Below, piece by piece: positions 9,964-21,875 of a stretch of DNA of 64,000 nt. The DNA comes from Polyangiales bacterium (lineage in GTDB: Bacteria > Myxococcota_A > Polyangia > Polyangiales > Houyiibacteriaceae). The position numbers and the translations under genes were made by a program. How positions within the stretch are numbered: position 1 is the stretch's first letter; each line of letters opens with the position of its first letter. The notes beneath the pieces were generated by a model, which was given only the letters and a program-made list of their open reading frames with translations, searched no databases and was not told the origin of the DNA. The stretch spans positions 1 through 64,000 of the forward strand of contig JBGCFM010000104.1 of assembly GCA_045106895.1 (NCBI GenBank), given 5' to 3'.

Positions 9964-11499
9964 TCACTCCTCGGAGTCGGCGGGCGAGTCGTCGTATTCG
10001 GCGTCGCCGCGGCTAAGCCAAACCCAGGTTCCGCGTTTTTGACGGTAGCCGTGCCAGCCGTTCGGCACAGACGGGCCCGTCCACTCGAAGAGCCATCGCG
10101 CGTCGGCGGGGGCGAGGTTCGTGCAGCCGTGGCTTCGAACCTGCCCGAAGTCATCGTGCCAGTAAGCGCCGTGGAGCGCGAAGCTGCGCCAGTAGTACAT
10201 GGTCCAAGGAACCTCTTCGACCTCGAAGTCACCGTCTACCGGGTCGCTTCCGTCCATCGTGGCGGACACATATTTCTCACGGATGCGGAAGACGCCGCGC
10301 GGCGTGTCGTAGCCTTCGCGTCCACTGGCGACGAGGGTTGCGTACACCGGTTCGCCCTCGGAGTAGGCGACGAGGGTCTGCTCTGCGAGGTCCACGTGGA
10401 TCCAAGTGTCCGACGTCACCGCCTCATCCGGGCGCGAGCGCCGCGCGACGCGCACAAACTCGCGGCGTACAGCGAGACCTCCTTCAGCGACGGCATACTC
10501 GACGCCATCGATGTTCGTGATCTCGTCCAGATGAAAGCGAGCGTATTGTTCCGCCTCGCCAACCTCCGAGACGGTGCCGTTCTCGATGCGCACCAGCGGC
10601 CGTGTCTCGCCGAAGACAAAGGCCAGAGGCAGCTCGCTTTCGCCCTCTCCGAGCATCGACCCGGTGAGCTTCGGCGTCTCAAGCTCGTTGAGGTTGTCCG
10701 TGTGAACGTAACGGCCACGAACCGTTCGCTGCCAAGACCCTTCTAAGCGGTCCAGGGCGACAAAGAAATCACCGACCATCTTCTTGGAAACAACCTCCGG
10801 AAGCGCCCCGTTCTCGTCGCCGTCCAGCATGCTCTCCTCTTCCGGCGTTGGCGGACGGTACAAACGAGGGACGCCGTCTCGCCGGGAAACCGCGGCGTAG
10901 CGGTATGGCATCGGCCCATCAAAACTAGCGGGCTTTTGATCGTGCTCTTCGGCGGTGTCGCCCATGGAGAAGCCCTGCCCGGTGCACAGATAGCCCCGCC
11001 CCACGCGGTACCAACGCCCGTTGCACCCTGGACCGAAGACACGTTCACCCACTGGGATGGTGCGTCCACGCCGCACGATTCCGAGGACGTCTGCGTCCAC
11101 CGCCGCTTGCTCGAAGATGGCGGCGTTGTACTGGAAAGCCGTCGCGACGAGACCGCCCTCGGCCTCCGGCGCGGGATGCGCGGGAAAAGACGTCGGCAGC
11201 GGTGGCCGTCGCAGGACGATTCGACGCGGCTGAGAGTCCTCTTCTTCGCCGGAGCGAACCTCCACGGCGCTCGGGAGGTCCTCGATACTCACCGCTTCGT
11301 CGGCGCTTTCGGACTCCGGCCGTTCTTCGACGGTCTCGCTGCAACAAACGAGGAGAACCGAAAACATCAGAAACGCGACACGTAGAGGAAGCGCAGGTGG
11401 GTTCGTCGAGGGTCCGATAGCTCTCTGGATATGCCGCGAACTACGGGCCAGCGCAAATTCGCCGCGATGCGGCCACGAAGGAAACTCTTGCGCCCTCAC
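9964..11499 (-). CDS. L,D-transpeptidase (YkuD family), probable lipoprotein; true start may be ~11367
   Basis: WIHVDLAEQTLVAY, VASGREGYDTPRG and ALHGAYWHDDFGQVRSHGCTNL (catalytic His/Cys). Confidence 0.92.
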   Translation of the reverse strand: MRAQEFPSWPHRGEFALARSSRHIQRAIGPSTNPPALPLRVAFLMFSVLLVCCSETVEERPESESADEAVSIEDLPSAVEVRSGEEEDSQPRRIVLRRPPLPTSFPAHPAPEAEGGLVATAFQYNAAIFEQAAVDADVLGIVRRGRTIPVGERVFGPGCNGRWYRVGRGYLCTGQGFSMGDTAEEHDQKPASFDGPMPYRYAAVSRRDGVPRLYRPPTPEEESMLDGDENGALPEVVSKKMVGDFFVALDRLEGSWQRTVRGRYVHTDNLNELETPKLTGSMLGEGESELPLAFVFGETRPLVRIENGTVSEVGEAEQYARFHLDEITNIDGVEYAVAEGGLAVRREFVRVARRSRPDEAVTSDTWIHVDLAEQTLVAYSEGEPVYATLVASGREGYDTPRGVFRIREKYVSATMDGSDPVDGDFEVEEVPWTMYYWRSFALHGAYWHDDFGQVRSHGCTNLAPADARWLFEWTGPSVPNGWHGYRQKRGTWVWLSRGDAEYDDSPADSEE

Positions 11500-11599
11500 G
11501 TTGACCCCTCATGCTTCCGCCACGAACTTCTCGCCCTCGCCATGCGCTGAGCGAATACGACCCACCTCTCCAGAGCTTTCAAAGGCCATCTGCCCCGAT

Positions 11600-12760
11600 A
11601 TGTCCGACCACACCCCTCGCCAGCTACGCACCATCGCCGTCCACGCGGGCCGAGACACAGGCGATGGACTCGTGGGTCCGATTCATCGCTCCTCGACCTA
11701 CCTCCTGGGGAAGCCGGAGACATTCGACGACATTCGTTATACCCGGCTGAACAATACGCCAAGTCAGGTCGAGGTGGAGACCGCCATCGGCGCGCTGGAA
11801 CAGGGAGTCGCGCTTGTGACCCCTTCGGGTACCGCCGCGGTGCACTTGGCGCTGAATCTTTTCAAGCCTGGCGATCACCTCCTCGCGGCGCGCCGCCTCT
11901 ACGGAGGCACGCGGAAACTCTTGGAGCACCACGCCGAACGTATGGGTCTCAGAACGACCTTCGTGGAGTTGGACGATCCATCGAGCTGGGCGGCGGCGGC
12001 GGAAGAGAGCACGCGCGGCTTCTTGGTGGAGACCGTCGCGAACCCGTGGATGAGCGTACCTCCCCTGGGCGAGGTCGTCGCGTTCTGCAAAGCGCGAGAC
12101 CTAACGTCGATGATCGACAACACCCTCGCGTCCCCGGTGCTCTACCAGCCACGCGCTCACGGCTTCGACGTTGTGATCCACAGCGCGTCGAAGCACATCA
12201 ACGGCCACACCGATGTCGTCGCCGGCGCGCTGATCTCCGACGCCGAACGAACGCGGGCCCTTCGCCTCATCGCCAACCGTCTTGGCATCTGCCCCGACCC
12301 TCAGGCTTGCTACCTGTTGCGGCGTGGCATCAAGACGCTCCCCCTTCGTGTGAAAGCCCAGTGCGACTCGGCCCTACAGATCGCGACCTGGCTGCAGCGG
12401 CACCCAGCTGTGGAAAAGGTCCTCTACCCGGGGCTCGAAGACAGCGCTTACCGAGCGCGGGCTAGCGCCTCCTTCGCGGGCCTCTTCGGGACCATGCTTA
12501 CTTTCGTTCCAGCCGGGGGCGTCGCCGCCGCCGAGGCCCTCATCGAGCGCCTCCAGTATGCCACGGAAGCGCCGAGCCTCGGCGGCGTCGAGACACTCAT
12601 CACGCGACCGGCAACCACCTCCCACGGCGGCCTCTCCGCCGAGTACCGCAGCTCCATTGGCATTGATGACGCGATGGTCCGGCTGAGCGTGGGCGTCGAG
12701 GACACAGCCGACCTCATCGCCGACCTGGAACAGGCCCTGGGCTCCGGAGTCGTGTCCTAA
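11600..12760 (+). CDS. PLP-dependent Cys/Met metabolism enzyme (cystathionine gamma-synthase/lyase family)
   Basis: YTRLNNTP, LYGGT, IDNTLASP, HSASKHINGHTDVVAG (PLP lysine) and SLGGVETLI. Confidence 0.93.
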   Translation: MSDHTPRQLRTIAVHAGRDTGDGLVGPIHRSSTYLLGKPETFDDIRYTRLNNTPSQVEVETAIGALEQGVALVTPSGTAAVHLALNLFKPGDHLLAARRLYGGTRKLLEHHAERMGLRTTFVELDDPSSWAAAAEESTRGFLVETVANPWMSVPPLGEVVAFCKARDLTSMIDNTLASPVLYQPRAHGFDVVIHSASKHINGHTDVVAGALISDAERTRALRLIANRLGICPDPQACYLLRRGIKTLPLRVKAQCDSALQIATWLQRHPAVEKVLYPGLEDSAYRARASASFAGLFGTMLTFVPAGGVAAAEALIERLQYATEAPSLGGVETLITRPATTSHGGLSAEYRSSIGIDDAMVRLSVGVEDTADLIADLEQALGSGVVS

Positions 12761-12813
12761 GTGTCCCTCGCATCGTTCTTGCCGCCGAGGCGCGTCATGA
12801 CGATAATCGATGG

Positions 12814-13527
12814 ATGGCGCGTCTTCTTCTTGTGCTCGCTTCCCTCGCGCTTGCGGCGGCCCTCGGAGCTGCTCCGAGCCCGGCGCGAGCGACCGACGAC
12901 GAGAACGAGAGAACCGTGGTTGTTCCTTTGCGTGTTCACGTGGTGGACGTCGACGGGGAGCCCGTCGTTGACGCCCCTTGGCTCGATGAGCAGCTTCAGG
13001 AAGCCAACCGGGTCTTTCAGCCCACCGGCGTGTCCTTTCAGGAGCTAGAGCGCCAATCCCTGGATGAACATTTTGCGGACCTCGTCACTCGGCGCGACCG
13101 CAACTCCCTCGCTCAGTTCTTGGAGCGCGGCGTGGTGAACGTCTTCGTCGTCGCCTCGATGGTGGACGTAGATGACCAAAGCTCCATGCGTCGAGGTGTG
13201 CACTGGACGCTCCAGTGGCGACCCGACAACCACTTCCTCGTCCTGACGAGCATCGGTCCCCGCACGACGCTCGCGCACGAGCTCGGGCACTACTTTGGCA
13301 ACCGAATTCACACTTCCGTCTTCGGCAACATCATGAGCTACGAGCACGGGCCGGCGCCCTCGCTCAGCGCGCACCAGCGAAGACGCGTCATCACGACGGC
13401 ACGCCACCAGCTTCGAAGCCGCACGCTCTTTTCCGTCGACGGTTGGCGCGAGCTGGAGTCCGCGGGGCGCTTGCCTCGCTTCTTCTATCCAAGGCGCGAC
13501 GGCACCAGGCGCAACGCCCGGCGATAG
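12814..13527 (+). CDS. Secreted zinc metallopeptidase (metzincin-like)
   Basis: Signal peptide; TTLAHELGHYFG (HExxH) followed by an NIMSY Met-turn. Confidence 0.8.
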   Translation: MARLLLVLASLALAAALGAAPSPARATDDENERTVVVPLRVHVVDVDGEPVVDAPWLDEQLQEANRVFQPTGVSFQELERQSLDEHFADLVTRRDRNSLAQFLERGVVNVFVVASMVDVDDQSSMRRGVHWTLQWRPDNHFLVLTSIGPRTTLAHELGHYFGNRIHTSVFGNIMSYEHGPAPSLSAHQRRRVITTARHQLRSRTLFSVDGWRELESAGRLPRFFYPRRDGTRRNARR

Positions 13528-13587
13528 ACCGCCTCCACCCCGGCACCGCTATTTGCGCAGGCGCGAGGCGACGCGCATGAATCCTTG

Positions 13588-14187
13588 ATGCCAGCGAAGA
13601 ACCTCACGCGGACCGAGCTACGTCCCCTATCCGATGCAGGACTCCTCGCCATCGCTGCACGTTGTGTAGAGCGCGCCGCCATGGCACGCGACGGTCTTCA
13701 CATGCTTCCGAAGAAGCACCTCAGCGCGTGGACGCGCGGCTACGCAATGGTCGTCAAAGCCATCGCCGAGGGGTCTGCGCCTCGTCCCTCGCCATCGTTG
13801 GCGAAGAGCATTCGAAACGCAGGAGCTGCCGTCTACTGGGACCTCGACAAGAAGGGTCTTGCTCATGCGCGGCTGGTCTCAAGCAGCTACGAGGTCCCCG
13901 CCGCCGCCGTCGAAGCCGCTGCCGCCGCGGAGCGAAAAGTGCTGGTTTCCGGCGTCATCACGACGGCAGGAGCCCTACGAAGCTTGGCCGCTCGCTTTGC
14001 CCACGATGGCTACCTGGGCGCGGACGACGTGGCGGACGGGGACGCGGTGCAGACCGCCATCGCCGCGGTCTTCTCCGTGGTCCGGGCGGACATCGACGAG
14101 GTTGACCACACCGATCCCGCGTCTCTGGCGGCCCGCCCTCTCTGGAACACCGCGCCAAGCTGGTGGCCCTCTTCGCCCGAAGCTTAG
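13588..14187 (+). CDS. Hypothetical Ala-rich helical protein
   Basis: About 200-aa ORF filling the gap before secA; LLAIAARCVERA...PLWNTAPSWW. Confidence 0.6.
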   Translation: MPAKNLTRTELRPLSDAGLLAIAARCVERAAMARDGLHMLPKKHLSAWTRGYAMVVKAIAEGSAPRPSPSLAKSIRNAGAAVYWDLDKKGLAHARLVSSSYEVPAAAVEAAAAAERKVLVSGVITTAGALRSLAARFAHDGYLGADDVADGDAVQTAIAAVFSVVRADIDEVDHTDPASLAARPLWNTAPSWWPSSPEA

Positions 14188-14342
14188 AGGTGCCTCTCCG
14201 AACACCGGCCACCGGCCTCAAACGCCATTGCACGGCCTGCAAACCCGACTTAGTGTGCCTCGACAGGGACGCCGCTGGTGTTTCCTGTGCTTTTTCAGGG
14301 CTTTTTGCCCCTTTTTCTTGTTGATTTGGGAGTACCCCGCGC

Positions 14343-17504
<3,162 letters not shown>

Positions 17505-17508
17505 TCAC

Positions 17509-18702
17509 ATGGCACGTCGTTCTCTTCACGCTCCCCTGCGAGGCTTTCGCTTCGCGGGGATCGCCAGCGGCATTAAAGCGACGGGCCTCGACCTCGGCGC
17601 CATCGTCGCGGACGCGTCTTGCCCCGTCGCCACCGTCCTCACGAAGAACGTTGTGCGTGCTGCGCCCGTCGACCTCTGCGCAAGACGCACTCGCTCCGGG
17701 TTTGCGCGCGCCGTTCTCGTCAACAGCGGCAACGCCAACGCCGCGACCGGCGCTCAAGGAATGGAGGACGCCCAGGCGACGTCCCTCGCCTTCGCCGAAG
17801 CGCTCAGCGCGGACGACGACAAGACGAAAGCAGGCGACGTTCTTCCGTGTTCCACAGGCGTCATCGGCGTCCCGCTCCCGACGGAACGAATGTGTGCCGC
17901 GATGGCCCCACTCGTTGCGTCTCTCAAGGGCGGCTCAAAGAGCTTCGCCGACGCAATTCTCACCACGGACCGCGGGCGTAAGGTGTCCCGCGTGGCGTTT
18001 CGTGCCGGCGGCAAAGACTACGAAGTCCTCGCCATCGCCAAGGGCGCCGGGATGATTCACCCCAACATGGCGACGACGCTCGCATTTGCCCTGACCGACG
18101 CCCCCATCGCCCCCTCGGACCTCAAGGCCGCGCTGCGCGCCGCCACGGAAGCCACCTTCAACCGCATCAGCGTCGATGGCGATACCAGCACCAACGACAC
18201 CATCATCGCGATGGCGTCTCCGGCCAGAGCGCTGCGGTCCACCAAGACGTTCCAAGCAGCGCTCACCGAGGCGCTGGGCAACGTCGCCGAGATGATCGTC
18301 GCCGACGGCGAAGGCGCGGAGCACGTAGCTGAGATTCGCGTCGAAGGCGCGAAGAGCGACGCCGACGCGCTAAAAGTGGCGCGCACGATCGCGACCTCTT
18401 CGCTCGTTAAAACCGCCATGCACGGCAAGGACCCCAACTGGGGCCGTATCGCCGGAGCCGCCGGTCGCGCCGGTGTGCGTTTCGACCAAAGCAAGCTGAG
18501 CGTAACCATCGGCAAGACGTGTGTCTTCGACGAGGGCCGCGCGGTGATGACTCCTGCACGAGAACGCGCGGCGTCGAAGACCATGTCGAAGAAGCGCTAC
18601 GTTATCACTGTGTCTCTCGGCAAAGGTCCGGGCAGCGGGCACTACATCACGTGCGACTTCGGTCACGCCTACGTGAGCGTCAACGCCGACTACCGCTCCT
18701 GA
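17509..18702 (+). CDS. argJ: Bifunctional ornithine acetyltransferase/N-acetylglutamate synthase
   Basis: NSGNANAATG, STGVIG, KGAGMIHPNMAT, DGDTSTND and DGEGA; starts 4 nt after the secA stop. Confidence 0.97.
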   Translation: MARRSLHAPLRGFRFAGIASGIKATGLDLGAIVADASCPVATVLTKNVVRAAPVDLCARRTRSGFARAVLVNSGNANAATGAQGMEDAQATSLAFAEALSADDDKTKAGDVLPCSTGVIGVPLPTERMCAAMAPLVASLKGGSKSFADAILTTDRGRKVSRVAFRAGGKDYEVLAIAKGAGMIHPNMATTLAFALTDAPIAPSDLKAALRAATEATFNRISVDGDTSTNDTIIAMASPARALRSTKTFQAALTEALGNVAEMIVADGEGAEHVAEIRVEGAKSDADALKVARTIATSSLVKTAMHGKDPNWGRIAGAAGRAGVRFDQSKLSVTIGKTCVFDEGRAVMTPARERAASKTMSKKRYVITVSLGKGPGSGHYITCDFGHAYVSVNADYRS

Positions 18703-18760
18703 GCGATTTCCGTCTCGCTCGTTTTGCGAACCGGCGTGGCTCGAGGAGCGCGGGCCGCGA

Positions 18761-19456
18761 TCAAAAGGTGAACATATAGCCGAGCGAGATGTTGAACAGA
18801 AAGGGCGTGTTGGCGATGCCAATATTCGCCGCGCGGTGACGCAGCCCCTGGCCGCCGGCTTCGTACTCGTGTTCATCGCTCGCCAACGAGGTAGCGACGT
18901 TTGGCCAGTACCGGACGCTTGTCGTCGCAACGAACCCTTCGAGCCACTTCGCGACTCGGACGCCAAAGTGATAGAAAGGTCGATACTGGGCATAGACCCC
19001 GAACCCCAAAGTGTAGGTGGTGTAGTGGACGAGCCCCTCTCCGGCGTTGTCCCGGACTTCGAAGCGGTGTGCCTTGGCTTCAAGCCGAACGTCCAGCCAC
19101 TCGAGCAGACGATACCCAATGCTCACGCCCGTGCTGTACGGAAGGTGGAACTCAAGACCCTGCTCACTCGCTTCGCCGACCACGGTGCTTCCTTCAAGTT
19201 TGAGGAGAAAACCGTGCGAGTAACCGAGAACGAAGCGGCGATAGAACACGTCCACCTCGACGTTTCCGCCACGCAAGACCAGCGGCTGGATCAGCCCCGC
19301 GGAAATCGTGAGGCGAACCTCGTCGAAGCTCACCCAAGGGTTCTGCGATTCCGTCTGTTCAGACTGCGCCTCCACGTGCGCCGGAGCGAACAGTGACGAC
19401 GCCACCAGCGACACAGCGACGAGGAAGCAGAAGCGGAGCGAGGTTGATTTGTCCAT
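18761..19456 (-). CDS. Hypothetical outer-membrane beta-barrel-like protein
   Basis: Signal peptide, amphipathic beta strands, C-terminal ...SLGYMFTF (terminal Phe). Confidence 0.7.
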   Translation of the reverse strand: MDKSTSLRFCFLVAVSLVASSLFAPAHVEAQSEQTESQNPWVSFDEVRLTISAGLIQPLVLRGGNVEVDVFYRRFVLGYSHGFLLKLEGSTVVGEASEQGLEFHLPYSTGVSIGYRLLEWLDVRLEAKAHRFEVRDNAGEGLVHYTTYTLGFGVYAQYRPFYHFGVRVAKWLEGFVATTSVRYWPNVATSLASDEHEYEAGGQGLRHRAANIGIANTPFLFNISLGYMFTF

Positions 19457-19512
19457 CGGGACAACCTCTGCCAATCATTAACAGATGTCATCGAGCGATT
19501 AAGAGACACGGT

Positions 19513-20424
19513 ATCCCAATTTTAGACAACGCCCCCAGTTTCGACTGGGACGACACGAAGTTACTTCTCGCCGTTGTGCGAAGCGGTAGCTTCAACCGCG
19601 CCGCCGCCGCCCTGAACACGAGTCAGTCACGCGTAAGCCGGCGTCTTTCGGTCCTGGAGAAGGAGCTCGGCGTGCAGCTCTTCGAGCGCTCCGTGGATGG
19701 CGTCACGCCCACCGACGCGGCCCTCTTGCTCTTGCCGGCTGCCGAGCGAATGGAGCAAGCAGCGTTCTCCATCCTCACTTCGCTGAGCGGCCTCGATCCA
19801 CAGGTCTCAGGCTCGGTGCGCGTGGCGGCGGACGAGGCCGTCGCGAACTACCTTTTGCTACCAAAGGTGAACCTACTCCGCGCGAGCTTCCCGAAGCTTA
19901 CGCTCGAGCTCTCGCCGAGCACCGAGCTCGTGAATATGAGCCGAAATGAGGCGGACCTCGCGCTGCGTTTCGAGCGGCCTTCTCGCGGAGATCTCATCGT
20001 CAAACGAGTAGGCGTCGTGACGATGGGTTTGTTCGCGGCGGCGGACTCTCCGTGGGCGCGACTGCCGCCCGACGAGTGTGCGTGGGTGCATTGGACGAGC
20101 GCGTTTCAGCACATGCCCGACGCGGCCTGGGTTCAACGGCACTATCCAAATCGCCTTTCTGCCGTGCGAACGACCAACTTAGTCAGCATCATCACGGCGG
20201 TGAGTCGGGGCCTCGGCATCGGATTGGTGCCCCATGCTCTCGCGGCGGAGCTTGGTGGGCTCGTCGAGGTGGAGCAGCCTTACCCGCTTCTTGAGCTTCC
20301 ACTCTGGCTTGCAGGTCACCGCGCTCACAGGGACGTCGCCCGCGTGCGCGTCGTCCGCTCGTTCATCGAGCAAGCATGCCTCGCCCTTCAAGAAACTACG
20401 GCAGACTCGGGCGCGGCAGACTAG
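19513..20424 (+). CDS. LysR-family transcriptional regulator (start uncertain)
   Basis: FDWDDTKLLLAVVRSGSFNRAAAALNTSQSRVSRRLSVLEKELGVQLFER HTH plus a substrate-binding domain. Confidence 0.92.
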   Translation: MPILDNAPSFDWDDTKLLLAVVRSGSFNRAAAALNTSQSRVSRRLSVLEKELGVQLFERSVDGVTPTDAALLLLPAAERMEQAAFSILTSLSGLDPQVSGSVRVAADEAVANYLLLPKVNLLRASFPKLTLELSPSTELVNMSRNEADLALRFERPSRGDLIVKRVGVVTMGLFAAADSPWARLPPDECAWVHWTSAFQHMPDAAWVQRHYPNRLSAVRTTNLVSIITAVSRGLGIGLVPHALAAELGGLVEVEQPYPLLELPLWLAGHRAHRDVARVRVVRSFIEQACLALQETTADSGAAD

Positions 20425-20457
20425 AGCGCGGCAGACGAGAGCGCGGCAGCGCAGCGC
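20400..20457 (+). repeat. 15-bp imperfect tandem repeat (about 3.5 copies) spanning the LysR stop
   Basis: GGCAGACTCGGGCGC / GGCAGACTAGAGCGC / GGCAGACGAGAGCGC / GGCAGCGCAGCGC. Confidence 0.8.
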
Positions 20458-20470
20458 TACGTCGAGTCAC

Positions 20471-21802
20471 TTAGATCAGAATGTCGATATCGATCTCAAT
20501 ATCGTAGCCCTCGTCATCATCCACGGGCACTGAATCCATCGTCAAACGTGTGTCCATCATGCGTTCGTCGCCGAGGTTCTCCACGTACTCCCGGATAGCG
20601 TCGACGGCTTCCGCGAGCTTCTCGAAGACCTCACGCGAGAGAAAGAGCAGCGTAGACTTCTCCGCCGCCGTCACCGACGCCGTCGTCTCTTGCTCAAGCA
20701 CCAACGCGATCTCACCGAAGACGTCGCCGGCGCTGAGCGTCGCGAGCATCACCTTCTCATCACCGTCGGTTTTCCACACGTCCACGGCGCCACCGAGGAT
20801 CAGATAGAGACCTTTGCCCGCTTCACCTTCGCGAATGATGTGTGTGCCTTGGGGAACATCATGGGCGCTAAAGCGCTTCACGAGATCCAGGCGCGCCTTT
20901 CGTTCGAGGGGGCGGAAGAGCGGGGACGTGGAGAGCAGGTTATCGAGGAGCCGGCCACGTGTGAACCCATCGAGGGCCGCCGCCAAGGTCGCGACTTCTC
21001 CGGCGAGAGCGACCAAGCTCTCGCGCTCGAACTCAAGGACGTCGCAGTCGTCGAGGGTGACCACACTCGCGCTACGCGGCTTCGCGGACACCAGCGCCAT
21101 TTCGCCAAAGATCGCACCATCGGAGAGCTCCGCGAGGCGCTGTTGAGCCCCGTCTTGTTCCCGTTGAACCACGACCTTGCCGCGAACCAAGACGTAGAAC
21201 GCGGTGCCGGCGTCGCCCTGCTGAATTATGGTCTGGCCACCTTGATGGCGAACGAGGCGTAGGGTCTTGAGCATCCGCGCGAAGGCTTCGGGCGGAAGCT
21301 CGCTGAAGATTGGAATCGGGGGGAGCGTTTCGGGGTAGGCGGCGATGCGCGAGAGGTCGCTAGCGATCTTCGCCGCGGCAGGAAGGAGCTCTTCCGCTGG
21401 AGGGGGCGTATCCAAACGAATCTCACCAGGAAGCGCCGTGGCTTCGCCCACTAGCGAGAGGCGAACGCCGCGGCCGATCTTCGGTGAGCCCTTTCCATAG
21501 AGCGTGGCGATTTGGTCCGTTACCTGGCCGAGCTCCGGCTCAAGCTGCTCGAGTATCTTCAGCGCCACGAGTGCACGCAGCGGGTATCCACCGTTCGCCG
21601 CATGGCGAGCCAGTACGGTGTAGACGAAGGCCGCGGCCTGCACCTCGCCCATCGCAAGGAGCGTGTCGGCCACCCGCAAACGCGCGTCCAGGTCGTTCGG
21701 ATGCAGCTGCACCAAAACCGAATACGCGTGAAGGGCTGCGAGATGCTCACCTTTGAACAGATGAGCGTCGGCGTGATCACGAAGCTGCTGAACCGTTTCC
21801 AT
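20471..21802 (-). CDS. TPR-like N-terminus plus two cyclic-nucleotide-binding domains
   Basis: IIQQGDAG...FGEMALV...PRSASV and IIREGEAG...FGEIALV...TTASV. Confidence 0.9.
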   Translation of the reverse strand: METVQQLRDHADAHLFKGEHLAALHAYSVLVQLHPNDLDARLRVADTLLAMGEVQAAAFVYTVLARHAANGGYPLRALVALKILEQLEPELGQVTDQIATLYGKGSPKIGRGVRLSLVGEATALPGEIRLDTPPPAEELLPAAAKIASDLSRIAAYPETLPPIPIFSELPPEAFARMLKTLRLVRHQGGQTIIQQGDAGTAFYVLVRGKVVVQREQDGAQQRLAELSDGAIFGEMALVSAKPRSASVVTLDDCDVLEFERESLVALAGEVATLAAALDGFTRGRLLDNLLSTSPLFRPLERKARLDLVKRFSAHDVPQGTHIIREGEAGKGLYLILGGAVDVWKTDGDEKVMLATLSAGDVFGEIALVLEQETTASVTAAEKSTLLFLSREVFEKLAEAVDAIREYVENLGDERMMDTRLTMDSVPVDDDEGYDIEIDIDILI

Positions 21803-21875
21803 AGGGCGCGACTCTATCGCGATCCCAGCGGGATTTGCCAGCCGTGATGCCAGACCCGCGGGCCCGGCGATTCCG

